A stretch of 64,000 bases of DNA from Takakia lepidozioides (taxonomy: Eukaryota > Plantae > Bryophyta), in the NCBI GenBank assembly GCA_030704615.1, contig CM060733.1, positions 76,198,001 through 76,262,000 on the forward strand, given 5' to 3'. Shown one piece after another: positions 52,604-64,000 of the stretch. How positions within the stretch are numbered: the stretch's first letter is position 1; each line of letters begins with the position of its first letter. The notes under the pieces were generated by a model, which was given only the letters and a program-made list of their open reading frames with translations, was not told where the DNA came from and ran no database searches. Both the position numbers and the translations under genes were made by a program.

Positions 52604-55600
52604 AATGAGGATGGAAAGAGTGGCCGAAGAGGAAAAGGCGGAAGAAGAGGGCAAAGAGCAAAGTTTGGCGATGGAAGAGCAGGAATCCGGAGAAGAACAG
52701 TAGCCTGCCATAGTTCCAAGAACAGATGAGGAGGACACTGCATCTGAGGGAGAGGCAGACGCCGAAGATGATGTTGACGCTGGCCTCACGAAGAACCTAA
52801 TAGTGGAAGAGAGGATGGGGGAGATGCTCCAGAACATGCGAGGCGTGGAGAGCAGTCCGAAGCGCAAAGGGTCCGCGGCGATTGGGGAGTCTTCTGGAGC
52901 AGCCAAAAAAAAGGTTCAATCTTTGAAACCCACCTTTGTGCTTCATTGCTGATGTGAACCCAAGTTGAGATTCTATTTCGATATGAACATAGTCTACACA
53001 CGGCATCTCTGCCAGGTTGCATCAACCGCGAACAAGAAGCTCAAACAGTGTGCGTTGACGCACACTGTTTGAGCCTTCCATTTTGCTGGCTTGTTGATGT
53101 GCGAAACGGCCAAATTGGGGAACTACGGCAAGTTCAATCCACCAGGAATTGGAAGCTGAAACAGTGTGCGTTGACGCACAGTATTTGAGCCCCGCATTTT
53201 ACTTGGTTGATGGTGTGAAAAACGGCCAGATAGGCCCACTATGCCCGGTTCAATTCTCTATTATTTGGCAGCTCAAACAGTGTGCGTTGGCGCACACTGT
53301 TTGAGCACACCTTGTCACTGTTTTTTCCCTGTGAAATTCGGCAATACAGGGCATGTCTTTGAGGTTCAATGAACACTTACCTGGCAACTCAAACAGTGTG
53401 CGTTGGCGCACACTGTTTGAGCACACCTTGTCACTGTTTTTTCCCTGTGAAATTCGGCAATACAGGGCATGTCTCTGAGGATCAATCATCACTTACCTGG
53501 CAGCTCAAACAGTGTGCGTTGGCGCACACTGTTTGAGCTACCCTTATCATTGCCTTTTTCATTTGAAAATCGGCCACATAGGGCATGTCTCTGAGGATCG
53601 ATGAACACTTATGTGGCAGCTCAAACAGTGTGCGTTGGCGCAAACTGTTTGAGCCCACCTTGTCACTGTTTTTTCCCTGTGAAATTCGGCAATACAGGGC
53701 ATGTCTCTGAGGTTCAATGAATACTTACCTGGCAGCTCAAACAGTGTGCGTCAACGCACACTGTTTGAGCTCTTCTTGTCATTGCCTTTGTCATCTGAAA
53801 ATCGGCCACATAGGGTTTGTATTTAAGGATCAATCATCACTTACCTGGCAGCTCAAACAGTGTGCGTTGGCGCACACTGTTTGAGCACACCTTGTCACTG
53901 TTTTTCCCGTGTGAAATTCAGCAATACATGGCATGTCTCTGAGGTTCAATGAACACTTACGTGGCAGCTCAAACAATGTGCGTTGGCGCACACTGTTTGA
54001 GCACACCTTGTCACTGTTTTTTCCCTGTGAAATTCGGCAATACAGGGCATGTCTCTGAGGATCAATCATCACTTACCTGGCAGCTCAAACAGTGTGCGTT
54101 GGCGCACACTGTTTGAGCTACCCTTATCATTGCCTTTTTCATTTGAAAATCGGCCACATAGGGCATGTCTCTGAGGATCGATGAACACGTATGTGGCAGC
54201 TCAAACAGTGTGCGTTGGCGCACACTGTTTGAGCCCACCTTGTCACAATTTTTCCCTATGAAATTTGGCAATACAGGGCATGTCTCTGAGGTTCAATGAA
54301 CACCTACTTGGGAGCTCAAACTGTGTGCGTTGGCGCACACTGTTTGAGCACACCTTGTCACTGTTTTTTCTTTGTGAAATTTGGCAATACAGGGCATGTC
54401 TCTGAGGTTCAATGAACACTTACCTGGCAGCTCAAACAGTGTGCGTTGGCGCACACTGTTTGAGCTCACCTTGTCATTGCCTTTGTCATCTGAAAATCGG
54501 CCACATAGGGTTTGTATTTGAGGATCAATCATCACTTACCTGGCAGCTCAAACAGTGTGCGTTGGCGCACACTGTTTGAGCACACCTTGTCACTGTTTTT
54601 CCCCTTTGAAATTCGGCAATACAGGGCATGTCTCTGAGGTTCAATGAACACTTACCTGGCAGCTCAAACAGTGTGCGTTGGCACACACTGTTTGAGCACA
54701 CCTTGTCACTGTTTTTTCCCTGTGAAATTCGGCAATATAGGGCATGTCTTTGAGGTTCAATGAACACTTACCTGGCAGCTCAAATAGTGTGCGTCAATGC
54801 ACACTGTTTGAGCTCACCTTGTCATTGTCTTTGTCATCTGAAAATCGGCCACATAGGTTTGTATTTGAGGATCAATCATCACTTACTTGGCAGCTCAAAC
54901 AGTGTGCGTTGGCGCACACTGTTTGAGCACACCTTGTCACTATTTTTCCCCTGTGAAATTCGGCAATACAGGACATGTCTGTGATGTTCAATGAACACTT
55001 ACCTGGCAGCTCAAACAGTGTGCGTCAACGCACACTGTTTGAGCTCACCTTGTCATTTCCTTTGTCATCTGAAAATCGGCCACATAGGGTTTGTATTTGA
55101 GGATCAATCATCACTTACCTGGCATGTCTTTGACGTTCAATGAACACTTACGTGGCATGTCCTTGAGGTTCACTGAACACTTACTTTGCAGCTCAAACAG
55201 TGTGAGTCAACGCACACTGTTTGAGCTCACCCTTTCTTCCACACATGGCCTGTCTGCCATGCTCAAACACCATCGTCTCATGCCTCACGCTTATATCAAT
55301 TTGAATGGACAACCCTGCAGGAGAAGATGCAAAGTGTGGCGGAGGAGATCCCTTTGGGGCTGGGGTAGGAGATCATTGTTGATGTTGACGATGAGTTCTA
55401 TGAAAGCAAAGCCGCTGAGATGCTGGGGGGTCAGAAGGTAAACTCTCAGCTTGTGGTGCAAAGTATGCTTGCCCCGGGTGGGAGGTTGAAGATTCCCCTG
55501 TGTAGGATGGTTTCCATGCCCGTCGTTCGACCACCCCTCAAGGACATTCTCAAGCTAGAGGCCGAGTTTGTTCATGGGTATTTGGATGGATCCGCAGTGT

Positions 55601-57127
55601 TTTACATTTGTACAAAGGATTCCACATGCAATGAGCTCCTTGTGGATGAGTCTATCGTGGACTCCTGGGATCCTATTTGGAGACAGGTGAACGAATCCTT
55701 CAAACTTCTTCTCTCCATGAAACCTTCCACCCAGGCATTCTCGGGGAAGATGTTTCACGTTTGGGATGGGAACCACCGGTTGCTTGCATGGATGGCTGTT
55801 ATTGGGAGGCTGCACTCACAGGAGGAAGCGTGGCATTACTCTGTTCGATTGATGGTGCTGGATTGTGAGGGGAACATGATGGGTCTTCTGACGGCAATGA
55901 ATGATGTGAACAGGTTGGTTTCTCATTCTACATGTTCCACTTGTAGTTCCGTGGTTCTTTGATTAAAGTCCTTGAATTTCATTCTGACTTTCAGATATCA
56001 TTCTACAGAGGAACGGAGACATCGCATGTCAAAACGAGTTTGGTTCACACACTGTATAGGATACAAAGGATCGGGCAGATGCCCTTGACCAACTTCAAGA
56101 CCATCCTTTCAGTAGAGACGTACAAGAAGTGCGAAAGCTCCAAGACATCGGAAACGTGGTACTCGTTGACACGTGAGGCTTTCATGGAGTACATGTACAC
56201 GGTGAGATACATCTTCCTTCATCTGCCCTTTCCATATTCCTGCTTCCACATGTTTGTTTCTGTTTGTTTCCCTTGCCCTTGGGTTGATGCAACTCTCGTG
56301 CATTCCCTTGCAGCAAGACATTGCAGATGCAGGGGAGCGTGGCAAACTGGAATACTACAGATCAACCCCTGAGGAGAGAAGGACAGCAAAGGGGGTTGAG
56401 AGTCACATCCAAAAAGAGATGACCGCTACAAGAAGGACTATAATGAGTGCTTTTGTGAAGCAGTTGAGAATTGCCGACCCATCATTCGGATCGCAGTTTC
56501 TCCTGGAGATAAAAAACCATTATAACAAGCCAGGCAAGCCAGAGATGGCCCAGGAGAAGTTACACAGGTTGTCTACCGCCGTTGTGTCTTCAGAACAGAA
56601 GGTGAAGTGGCTACAGATATGGAACTCCGATCCCACTGTTAGGGATACCCACATGTTCCCCAGGCCGGAGAAAGAGAAGAAGACCCAACATGTCATTCCT
56701 GTCAGTGACAATGTGCTGGACACATGGCTTCACAAGGCCACTTACTGGAGCCAGGTGTGATGTCCTTTCCTGTGTCACTTTCTTTTCTCTTTTCCTGTCC
56801 TTCTCTTTCCATTTCCTCTCACATTCGCTGTGATTTTTTTGGGTTCATTCTTGCATTTGAATTGTTTTGCAGTTGGAAGAAAGGGCACGGTCGGTTCTGC
56901 ATACTCAGCTGGCTGACTATGGCATCACTATGACAGCACCGAAGGTCTCCTTCGAAGCATACATGAGGAAATGGAGAGCCACAGTGTGGCACTCTTGTTT
57001 CTTTAGAGAGTTCAGCAAGGAGGGTGGCATCAGTCGAACACATGACCTTGACCAGGAAGAAAAAGGAGAGGAAACCTGGAAACGATGCCTTTACAGGTGC
57101 ACACCCTTGGACGTTCAGGCTACTTAG
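52604..57127 (+). pseudogene. Multi-exon gene with acidic N-terminus and ParB/Srx-like domain
   Basis: LKIPLCRM...VVRP...FHVWDGNHRLLAW (DGNHR at 55765-55779). Frame-preserving GT-AG introns 55914-56008, 56202-56313, 56755-56872. Acidic first exon (~52604-53015) is tentative; a few in-frame stops. Confidence 0.65.
53039..55226. repeat. Palindrome array 2: 116-bp period, 19 copies of a 36-bp palindrome
   Basis: GCTCAAACAGTGTGCG-TTGG-CGCACACTGTTTGAGC at 53039, 53155, 53271 ... 55009 and 55191; linkers are a few related variants. Confidence 0.95.
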
Positions 57128-57278
57128 TGTGCTGTGGTTGCAATGTACTATGACGCATACAGTTTAAGGGGGTCTTCCTGGTGTGATGGAAAAGCTGAGA
57201 GACAATAATTGCATTGCATAATGAGGCTGTCTCTGTTCATGCAGGTACATAAAGTTTGTTCTCGTGGAAGAGAATTGC

Positions 57279-57366
57279 TTGGACAAACATCGAGATTTCC
57301 TTGGACAAACATCGAGATTTCCTTGGACAAACGTCGAGATTTCCTTGGACAAACATCGAGATTTCG
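57279..57366 (+). repeat. 22-bp tandem repeat x4 (TTGGACAAACATCGAGATTTCC)
   Basis: Direct inspection. Confidence 0.9.
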
Positions 57367-57550
57367 TGGACCTCTGGCTTGTCCCTGCTGGCAATCAGAC
57401 CATGTTTACTACTGGGATCTTGCATGACTGGGGCCCAGACCATCTTTCTTCTTGTGGTTGGTATTTGGATTGCCCTCCTTCTGAGACCCCAGCTCCTGAG
57501 GTGTCTTTGAGGAGAGAGAATGAGCGAATTGCAGCCACTGCCGCAGCAGC

Positions 57551-59935
57551 TGTTAGAGGACTGTCGGGGTCTTAGACACTTATACGGAATCTGTAGGGTA
57601 CCCTTAATTTTTGCACAGACTGAGACCAACAGGAGCCTCAGGGGTGACAGCAGCGCACTGTAGATGGGGGTTACACAGCCCGTCACAGTCGTCACAATCG
57701 TCACAGCCGACACAGCCGACACAACCCGTCACAGTCGTCACAGCAGACACAGCCGACACAGCCCGTCACAGTCGTCACAGCCGACACAGCCAGTCACAGC
57801 CCGACACAGCCAAACACAGTCGCACAGCCAGTCACAGCCCGTTACAGTTTCACACAGCCAGTCACAGCTTGACACAGCTGTCACGATCATAGGGAACGAA
57901 GAGTAGGACAGGGAACGACTGTGGGGAACAACACCTGCGAAGGGAACATGTTAGTTCACAGACGACGGTTAGTGAGGGAAACGGTTAGAACCACGGATAG
58001 GAAGATAAAGGGAGAAACGGGGAATTGAGGGATATCATTCGGAGGAGGACTTCTTGGTCATGGAGGAGAGGGGATCGGGCAGAGATGAAGAACGGAAGTG
58101 AAGATAGAGAGATGATGAGTAGATGCTTGATATATGTAAGGCTGTAATGATATTGTAGAGCAGATTAGAGACACAATGGCTTCAGCCTGATACTTGATAA
58201 ATCATAATCGGATACTTTTACGATACAATCACACTGTGTAGAGAGATCTGAGTGAAGCTGTGGAATGAATGGATGAGTTGATGGAATCCAATAGATTGAT
58301 AAAGCAAACTGATACTTAATTATCAATGGTAAGATAGCTAACATGAATACCAAAAGGGAAACAAATAGGAAACACCCCCATGATACACTAGCTGTAGGTC
58401 ATGACTGATTGTTCTGCGCGGGCTGAGTACTTAGAGATTTCCAACTCTTCTATCTTGGAGTTTCCGCCTTGAATAGCGAAGGGATGGGTGAGTAAAAGCC
58501 GCGCGACATTTGGCGACCATACTGGGGAACTGAGTCATGAACAACCATATGTGACAGGCATCTGGTGGGATCATGGTGGTTGGACCATTAAAGAATTTGA
58601 AGTGAATCATATTCCCTGTGGAACGAAGGAAGAAAGATTGTCCAAACAATTCTTTCAAAGATTCTTGGAATTGCCAGACGGTTGTAAAGAAAATATTCTT
58701 AAGCGAGTGCATGATGCTGATCCGGAATGGGGTCTGGAGAAAGGAGTGATAAAGATTTATCAGGTAGCCTATAGAGGAAGAGCACGTTGGTTACCAACAT
58801 TGGTTTATGTGATAGCATTGCTATCCATTAAGCGAGTAGAGTTTGAAGGCTGGGAAGAAAGAAAGGTGAATGTTTATACTCATATGCATGAAGAGCTTGT
58901 ACTGGTAAAGAATTGGATTCCAAAGGATATTTTGTGGATCAAACTCACACCAAGAACAGCTTTTCAGACTTGTTTGCCATATGGTTATATGGTAACGGAG
59001 ACTTCAAGTATAACCAAGGGTGCATTGAAGCTTGAAAGAAACCCAGGCATATACGAGAGATATTACAGAAGAGAGTTTTGGTTATTGCCACATTAAAAGA
59101 AATGAAAGACATGGGACATGAGTGATGAAAGAGAAGCTAGACGACAGAGATATTCAGCAAAAAGAGAAAGCTATCTGAAAGATAATTATCCATATCTTTG
59201 GGAGAGAGGAATAGACATAGGGGAATCATCTGGACCTCTCACACCATTAAGATCAAAGAGTACATCACCTATACCGGAAGAACTAGAGTTGGATGCCACT
59301 CCTTCTGTTTCTTTGCAAGAAAGATTAAGGGAATTGGTACAGGAAGAAGATCAATCACGAGGTGAAAGATCTGAGGTACATCCTTGGATAAAAGACTTGA
59401 CAGAAATCTTTGATAAGAGTTGGCATGGAACACCAAAAGCAGGAACTCCAGTTTCTGAAGCAGAAGGTGAAGAAGGAGAAGAGGATGTGGCAGAGCCAAC
59501 GGAGAGTTCAGACTCTCCAACACCATTACAGTTGAGTTACATGAGTGAAGAAGAAACCCAAGGACAGAACTTGGAGGATGAAAACAGAGAGAAGAAATTG
59601 GAAGAGGAAGAATATGAAGAAGTAGACCCAACAGCTGAGGTTGAGACTACAACCAGGACATCCCAACCCGTTGGACCTGGATCAAGTGGAGCACTTGGAT
59701 CACAGGCCAACGAAGGTGTCGGCTCAGGGGGATCAGGCGGGCTGCCTGGATCTGGCTCTGGGGGGACAGGGAGTGTGGGAAGTAGTGCAACTGAAGCTGG
59801 GAATACTGTGAATATCGTGGGGCCAGTAGCAGGGAGTGCTCAAGGGCCACCACTTGGTGGAAGATCCACCACAAAAACAACAGGTCCAGAAGGACCAACA
59901 CCAGCAAGGGTGCCAGCACCTGTCTGTGGGCAGAA
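57551..59935 (+). mobile_element. Family 2 copy C, 5' part (LTR 57551-58508, PBS, upstream ORF, gag start), interrupted by a chromovirus
   Basis: Homology to copy B ends at CAGAA (59935). Confidence 0.92.
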
Positions 59936-62900
59936 TGTCGCACACCTCAGTTCGGTAAACTCCCCTTCAAGTCATAGTTACTCGCTTTGATGCGCGCGCC
60001 TGACTCCCAACCTGGCCGCCGGGCCAACTTGGAGTTTCGGCTGCTCACCGGGACATAACGGTCCCCTTCCGCTTCCCTCTAAACCCTCCACCTATTTGGG
60101 ACTAGGAGAATTCCCTTTGGTAGATGGCAGTCCGGAACAGCTCCCCACTCTTTGGTCGCTTTCCGGCTCGCTCGCTTACTCACTAGTTTTTGGTCACCAA
60201 TGGGCTTGCACCGTTCTCGGGGTTACTACTCCCTATATATACTTCTGTAGCTGTCCGCGGGGGTTTCATAACCAGCCATGCCATTTTATGGCGAACCACC
60301 ACGAAAACCCTCGACTCCCGGTGGTGAGTCGCGGTGAGTCTTGGCCCACTCACCGCGGCCCCAATGGACCGTGATGAGTCCCAAGACTCCCCACGACTCC
60401 CACCTCGAGGTCTCCACCCCATGGTGAGTCCTATGCCACCCCCACTAAGTCCCACTAAGCTACCACCACCCCTTGTGGAGCCACCTCCACCGCAACCCGG
60501 TGTGCGGGGCTCCACCTAGTGAGCGCCTCCGCCTCCTTGAGTGCCTTGGGCACTCAAGGGTGCTTCAGCCCCCCATACCTATCGCTGCCGCTGCCCCCAC
60601 CACAGGGGCAGCCCCTCATGTGTCCCGACCCCCTGCCCTCAAGGCAAAGGGCCGCGACACACACCCCTACCAACAGGGAGTCGATGTCCTCATCGACTTG
60701 TCCATTTTGTAGAAACGAACATCCAAGTTGTGGCGTCCCACATCAAGGAGTTTGTTTCCGTACCATGGCGTCCCATGGCAAAGAACCAAACCCCACACTT
60801 GACTCCACTCTCCACTAGCTAGTTCGGCCGACTTCCTCCAAGTCCCGGCCAAGGGTGGAGCCTCTCCAGCTCCTCCCAGTGCACCCTTCTTGGCCTACTT
60901 CAAGGCCAAGGAACGATCCTCCCCGAGGATCGAATCGCCTTACTGCAACAACATTGCTTGCGATCGCTCATGATGCCGCTTTTGGCATCACCTTGAGCAA
61001 GGGTTCACCTGGAACCCTCTTTGACTAGGAAGATAACCTTGAACCAACCGTGCGCCCCAATCACTACAATTGGGTCCGCCTTGGAATGCTGGTCTGAGGT
61101 ACGGGAACACGCCGAAGCCGCACTACGACTTCGTCCCGAGGCTACACGATTATAGTACGTGAACGGAAGCACGTAGCTTCCGCGTTAGCCCGCACTACAA
61201 GGCAACCCCCTCGGTAGCGCAGTTATAGTACGCGCACGCGCCAGGTGCGCACTAGCACTTGAACTCCCAAATAAGGCGCAAGTTTCCTTGCCTCTTGGAT
61301 GGGAGTCACCCGATTTCGGCACTGCGCAAACACACGATTAACCCAATTTACCTCTCCCACTTTTGTAAGCTAGCATGCATTCTACACACCAGCCAACCAC
61401 ACCATGCATCACCATTCCAAACACAATAGGACGCACAATATTTGGAACCCATTTCCTTTATCACAAATTTTTGTACAATACAAGTTTTTGCAATCGGATT
61501 CCTGAGCTAGCTAAACCGGGCTAAGCATGCATTTCCTCCCCCACGCTCCAAGGTTGATGTCCCCATCAACGCTTCTTCCGCTTTTGAGGTCGCCCTTCGA
61601 ACGCTGCAACTGCCTCGGATGCGTTTCCCATTTCTGAGGCACGCACCCAAGATGCCTCCACAAGATGATAGCCCTTCCATTTGACGAGATACTCCGTTTC
61701 TCGGTTCTTGAACCTCCTCGACTTAAGTATTGCCTCCACCTCGTACTCGGGTTCATTTTCATGATCCAACAGCATAGGTGGCGGACGCAACACTTGCTGC
61801 CGATTCGGACGTGCTTCATCTTTGAAGTAAGGCTTCAAAAGGGAGACATGGAATACTGGGTGCACCTTGCTGTTTGCTGGCAGCTCCAATTCATACACAT
61901 CCTCATTCATAACCCTCCGAATGCGAAAGGGACCCGCATACGGAGGTACGAACTTCGGACTCATTTCCGGAGGTAGTCGAAAATTCTTGATGTTCAACCA
62001 GACCTCTGTGCCTGCCTCAAACTTCACTTCCCTCCGCTTCCGATTCGCCTGCCTTTCATACCGTTTCCTAGCTTTGGCAATGTTGTACTTTGCGAGCTTC
62101 AACAAACGCTCGCGTTCTTCCAGTACCGCCGCTACTGCCGGTTCCTCAACGTCCTGGGCGGCCCAACTTGTCGGCACCAGAGGTGCTTTTCCATAGACCA
62201 ACACAAAAGGGGAAACTCCCGTCGCGGAGTGTTCTGTGTTATTATAACAGAACTCTGCCGCGTCTAAGTGTTCCATCCAGTCTGATTGGTCTGCCGACAC
62301 GTAATTCCGCAAGAATTGCTTCACTACGGAATTCACTCTTTCCGTTTGGCCGTCCGTCGTAGGTCGGAAGGCGGTGCTCATCTTCAGCCTCGTCCCCATC
62401 TTCTTCCAAAGTGCTCTCCAGAATTTACTCGTAAACTTTGGGTCGCGGTCCGAGACAATATCCTTCGGGACTCCATGATGCTTTAAGACGTGGGCGAAGT
62501 AAAGTCGCCCTGTCTCCTGCGCAGTTGCCGTCTCCTTGGTGGGGATGAAATGGGCCATTTTACTGAACCTATCTACCACCACCATGATTGCATCGAATCC
62601 TTTTGACAGCGGCATAGCAGTCATGAAATCCATCGAGACGCTTTCCCAAGTCCCCTCTGGAATCGGCAAGGGTTGTAACAGCCCCGCTTGCTTTTTATAC
62701 TCGCTCCGGTTTTGTTGGCATGTGGTGCATGTCTTTACATACTCCTCTGCCTCCTCCCTCAGTTTGGGCCAGAAATACTCTTTCTTCAAGAGTGCCGCAG
62801 TGCGCTTGGCTCCACCGTGGCCCGCAAGCGGGCTATCATGGCATTCTCTCAAGAGACTATCCCTGATCCCTCCCTTTGGCACATAGAGACGTTTTTGCTT

Positions 62901-64000
62901 ATACCGGAGCAGTCCGTTTTGCAAGTGGAACTGCGATTTAACCCCCATTCTCAAGTTCTGCATCACGCACTTTGCCAGCTCATCCTTCCGGCAAGCCTTC
63001 CGGATCTTCCTTTGGAGCGCCGTCTCGCCCTTGTACACCAACAAGAGCTGCTGCTTTCTACTTAAAGCATCGGCCACCACATTGTCCCGTCCCGGTTTGT
63101 ACTGGATATCCACGTCGAACACTGCCAAAGTATCTTGCCACCTAAGTTGTTTTGGGGACAACTTGGGCTGCGTGGCAAAATACTTCACCGTGACATTGTC
63201 CGTGAACACCTTCACTGGGTTGGAACCAACATAGTGGCGCCAGAGTTCAAGGCAATGTACCACCGCCTTCATCTCTTTTTCGTGCGTCGGCCACCGTCGC
63301 TCCACTTCATTCAGTTTCTTACTTTCGTAAGCCACTGGACGTCCATCTTGCATAAGTACACCCCCAATTGCGAAGTCCGATGCATCTGTATGAATCTCAA
63401 ACGGACGATCGAACTCCGGGATTTTTAAGACTGGAGCTTCCGTCATCCGCTGCTTCAATTCAGCAAAAGCTTGGCCACAAAATGTGTTCCATACCCAGAC
63501 TTTGGATTTACACAGAAGGTCCGACAGCGGCCCCGCGATCTTGGCGAAATTTCTCACATACTTCCGGTAATAGGAGGCGAGTCCTAGGAAGGATCGCACT
63601 CCCGGGACCGAAGTCGGAGGCTCCCAGTCCAAGATCGCCCTCACCTTTCTGTCATCCATTTTGATCCCATCCTGTGTAATCACGTGCCCCAAGAACTCCA
63701 CTTTTGTGACCCCGAATTCGCACTTTGAAGCTTTGGCATACAGCTTCCCTTCTCGCAATTTTTGGAACACCCTTTTGAGGTGCTCCAGGTGCTCCTCCTT
63801 TGTTTTCGAGTACACCAAGATGTCGTCGATGTACACGATCACAAAGTCATCCAACCACTCCTGGAAAAGGCTGTTCATCAGCGTGCTAAATGTCGCTGGT
63901 GCATTGGTGAGCCCAAAAGGCATCACCAAGAACTCATATGAACCATACCTTGTCCTGCACGCGGTCTTCTCCTCATCTCCTTCCGCCACCCGAATTTGGT
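59936..64000 (-). mobile_element. Chromoviral Ty3/Gypsy element, 3' part; probable 3' LTR 59936-61531
   Basis: PPT GTGGGGGAGGAAA just after the pol stop; minus-strand end ...GCGACA at 59936; LTR start is approximate. Confidence 0.85.
61566..64000 (-). CDS. Pol (RT-RNaseH-integrase-chromodomain), open to the window edge
   Basis: YIDD; TDASD; H2C2; SMDF / SDRD / TDGQTER; GPF; chromodomain EYEVEAIL...EYLVKWKGY...SW. Confidence 0.96.
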   Translation of the reverse strand, partial: QIRVAEGDEEKTACRTRYGSYEFLVMPFGLTNAPATFSTLMNSLFQEWLDDFVIVYIDDILVYSKTKEEHLEHLKRVFQKLREGKLYAKASKCEFGVTKVEFLGHVITQDGIKMDDRKVRAILDWEPPTSVPGVRSFLGLASYYRKYVRNFAKIAGPLSDLLCKSKVWVWNTFCGQAFAELKQRMTEAPVLKIPEFDRPFEIHTDASDFAIGGVLMQDGRPVAYESKKLNEVERRWPTHEKEMKAVVHCLELWRHYVGSNPVKVFTDNVTVKYFATQPKLSPKQLRWQDTLAVFDVDIQYKPGRDNVVADALSRKQQLLLVYKGETALQRKIRKACRKDELAKCVMQNLRMGVKSQFHLQNGLLRYKQKRLYVPKGGIRDSLLRECHDSPLAGHGGAKRTAALLKKEYFWPKLREEAEEYVKTCTTCQQNRSEYKKQAGLLQPLPIPEGTWESVSMDFMTAMPLSKGFDAIMVVVDRFSKMAHFIPTKETATAQETGRLYFAHVLKHHGVPKDIVSDRDPKFTSKFWRALWKKMGTRLKMSTAFRPTTDGQTERVNSVVKQFLRNYVSADQSDWMEHLDAAEFCYNNTEHSATGVSPFVLVYGKAPLVPTSWAAQDVEEPAVAAVLEERERLLKLAKYNIAKARKRYERQANRKRREVKFEAGTEVWLNIKNFRLPPEMSPKFVPPYAGPFRIRRVMNEDVYELELPANSKVHPVFHVSLLKPYFKDEARPNRQQVLRPPPMLLDHENEPEYEVEAILKSRRFKNRETEYLVKWKGYHLVEASWVRASEMGNASEAVAAFEGRPQKRKKR

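Larger units (their letters stand above)
17431..57550. mobile_element. Putative large MULE-type DNA transposon with cargo genes, split by three nested insertions (~13 kb net; right end not seen)
   Basis: Starts abruptly inside Family 1 copy 3 repeat A with GGGGCTGCTATTT and five CATGAGC repeats. Removing three TSD-defined insertions joins 17431-18041, 29464-34608, 36724-38357 and 52044-57550. Confidence 0.55.

Noticed and set aside
53039-55226. CRISPR array (36-bp palindromic repeats at regular spacing)
   Set aside because: The 80-bp linkers are recurring related variants rather than unique spacers; there are no cas genes and the context is eukaryotic.
57871-57884. CACAGCTGTC in Family 2 LTRs as an equivalent att palindrome
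   Set aside because: Not conserved in copy A, and Family 2 has canonical LTR ends with a 5-bp TSD.
60096-60852. Pro-rich ORFs in the chromovirus LTR
   Set aside because: Short, overlapping, low-complexity and without recognisable motifs.

Overview
This window is eukaryotic and entirely transposon-derived; no ordinary host gene is recognisable. The GT-AG introns and element types suggest a non-seed plant or streptophyte alga (inference). It is a nest of four element types. (1) Family 1 is a Ty3/Gypsy-type retrotransposon present three times: 1-6807 (+), a complete copy at 18042-29459 (+) and a 5' fragment at 15390-17430 (-). It encodes Gag-protease-DNMT3-like cytosine methyltransferase, then an in-frame TAG in a CARYYA readthrough context, then RT-RNaseH-integrase-PHD finger. 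Its ends are not normal LTRs but A...PPT-B-GC-A-B, bounded by a 4-bp TSD. This layout is what integration of a 2-LTR circle cut at the internal palindrome GACA^GC^TGTC would give. Its PBS pairs with its own LTR hairpin rather than a tRNA. (2) Family 2 is a non-chromovirus Gypsy with ~1-kb LTRs, a tRNA-type PBS and extra ORFs (three copies; 38358-52038 is complete, TSD GAGTC). (3) A chromovirus with an open pol ORF (59936-64000). (4) A putative large DNA transposon, split by the other insertions, carrying a MULE DDE/SWIM transposase, a spliced ParB/Srx-motif gene, two unknown paralogues and two arrays of palindromes. Family 1 is the best candidate for an undescribed system.
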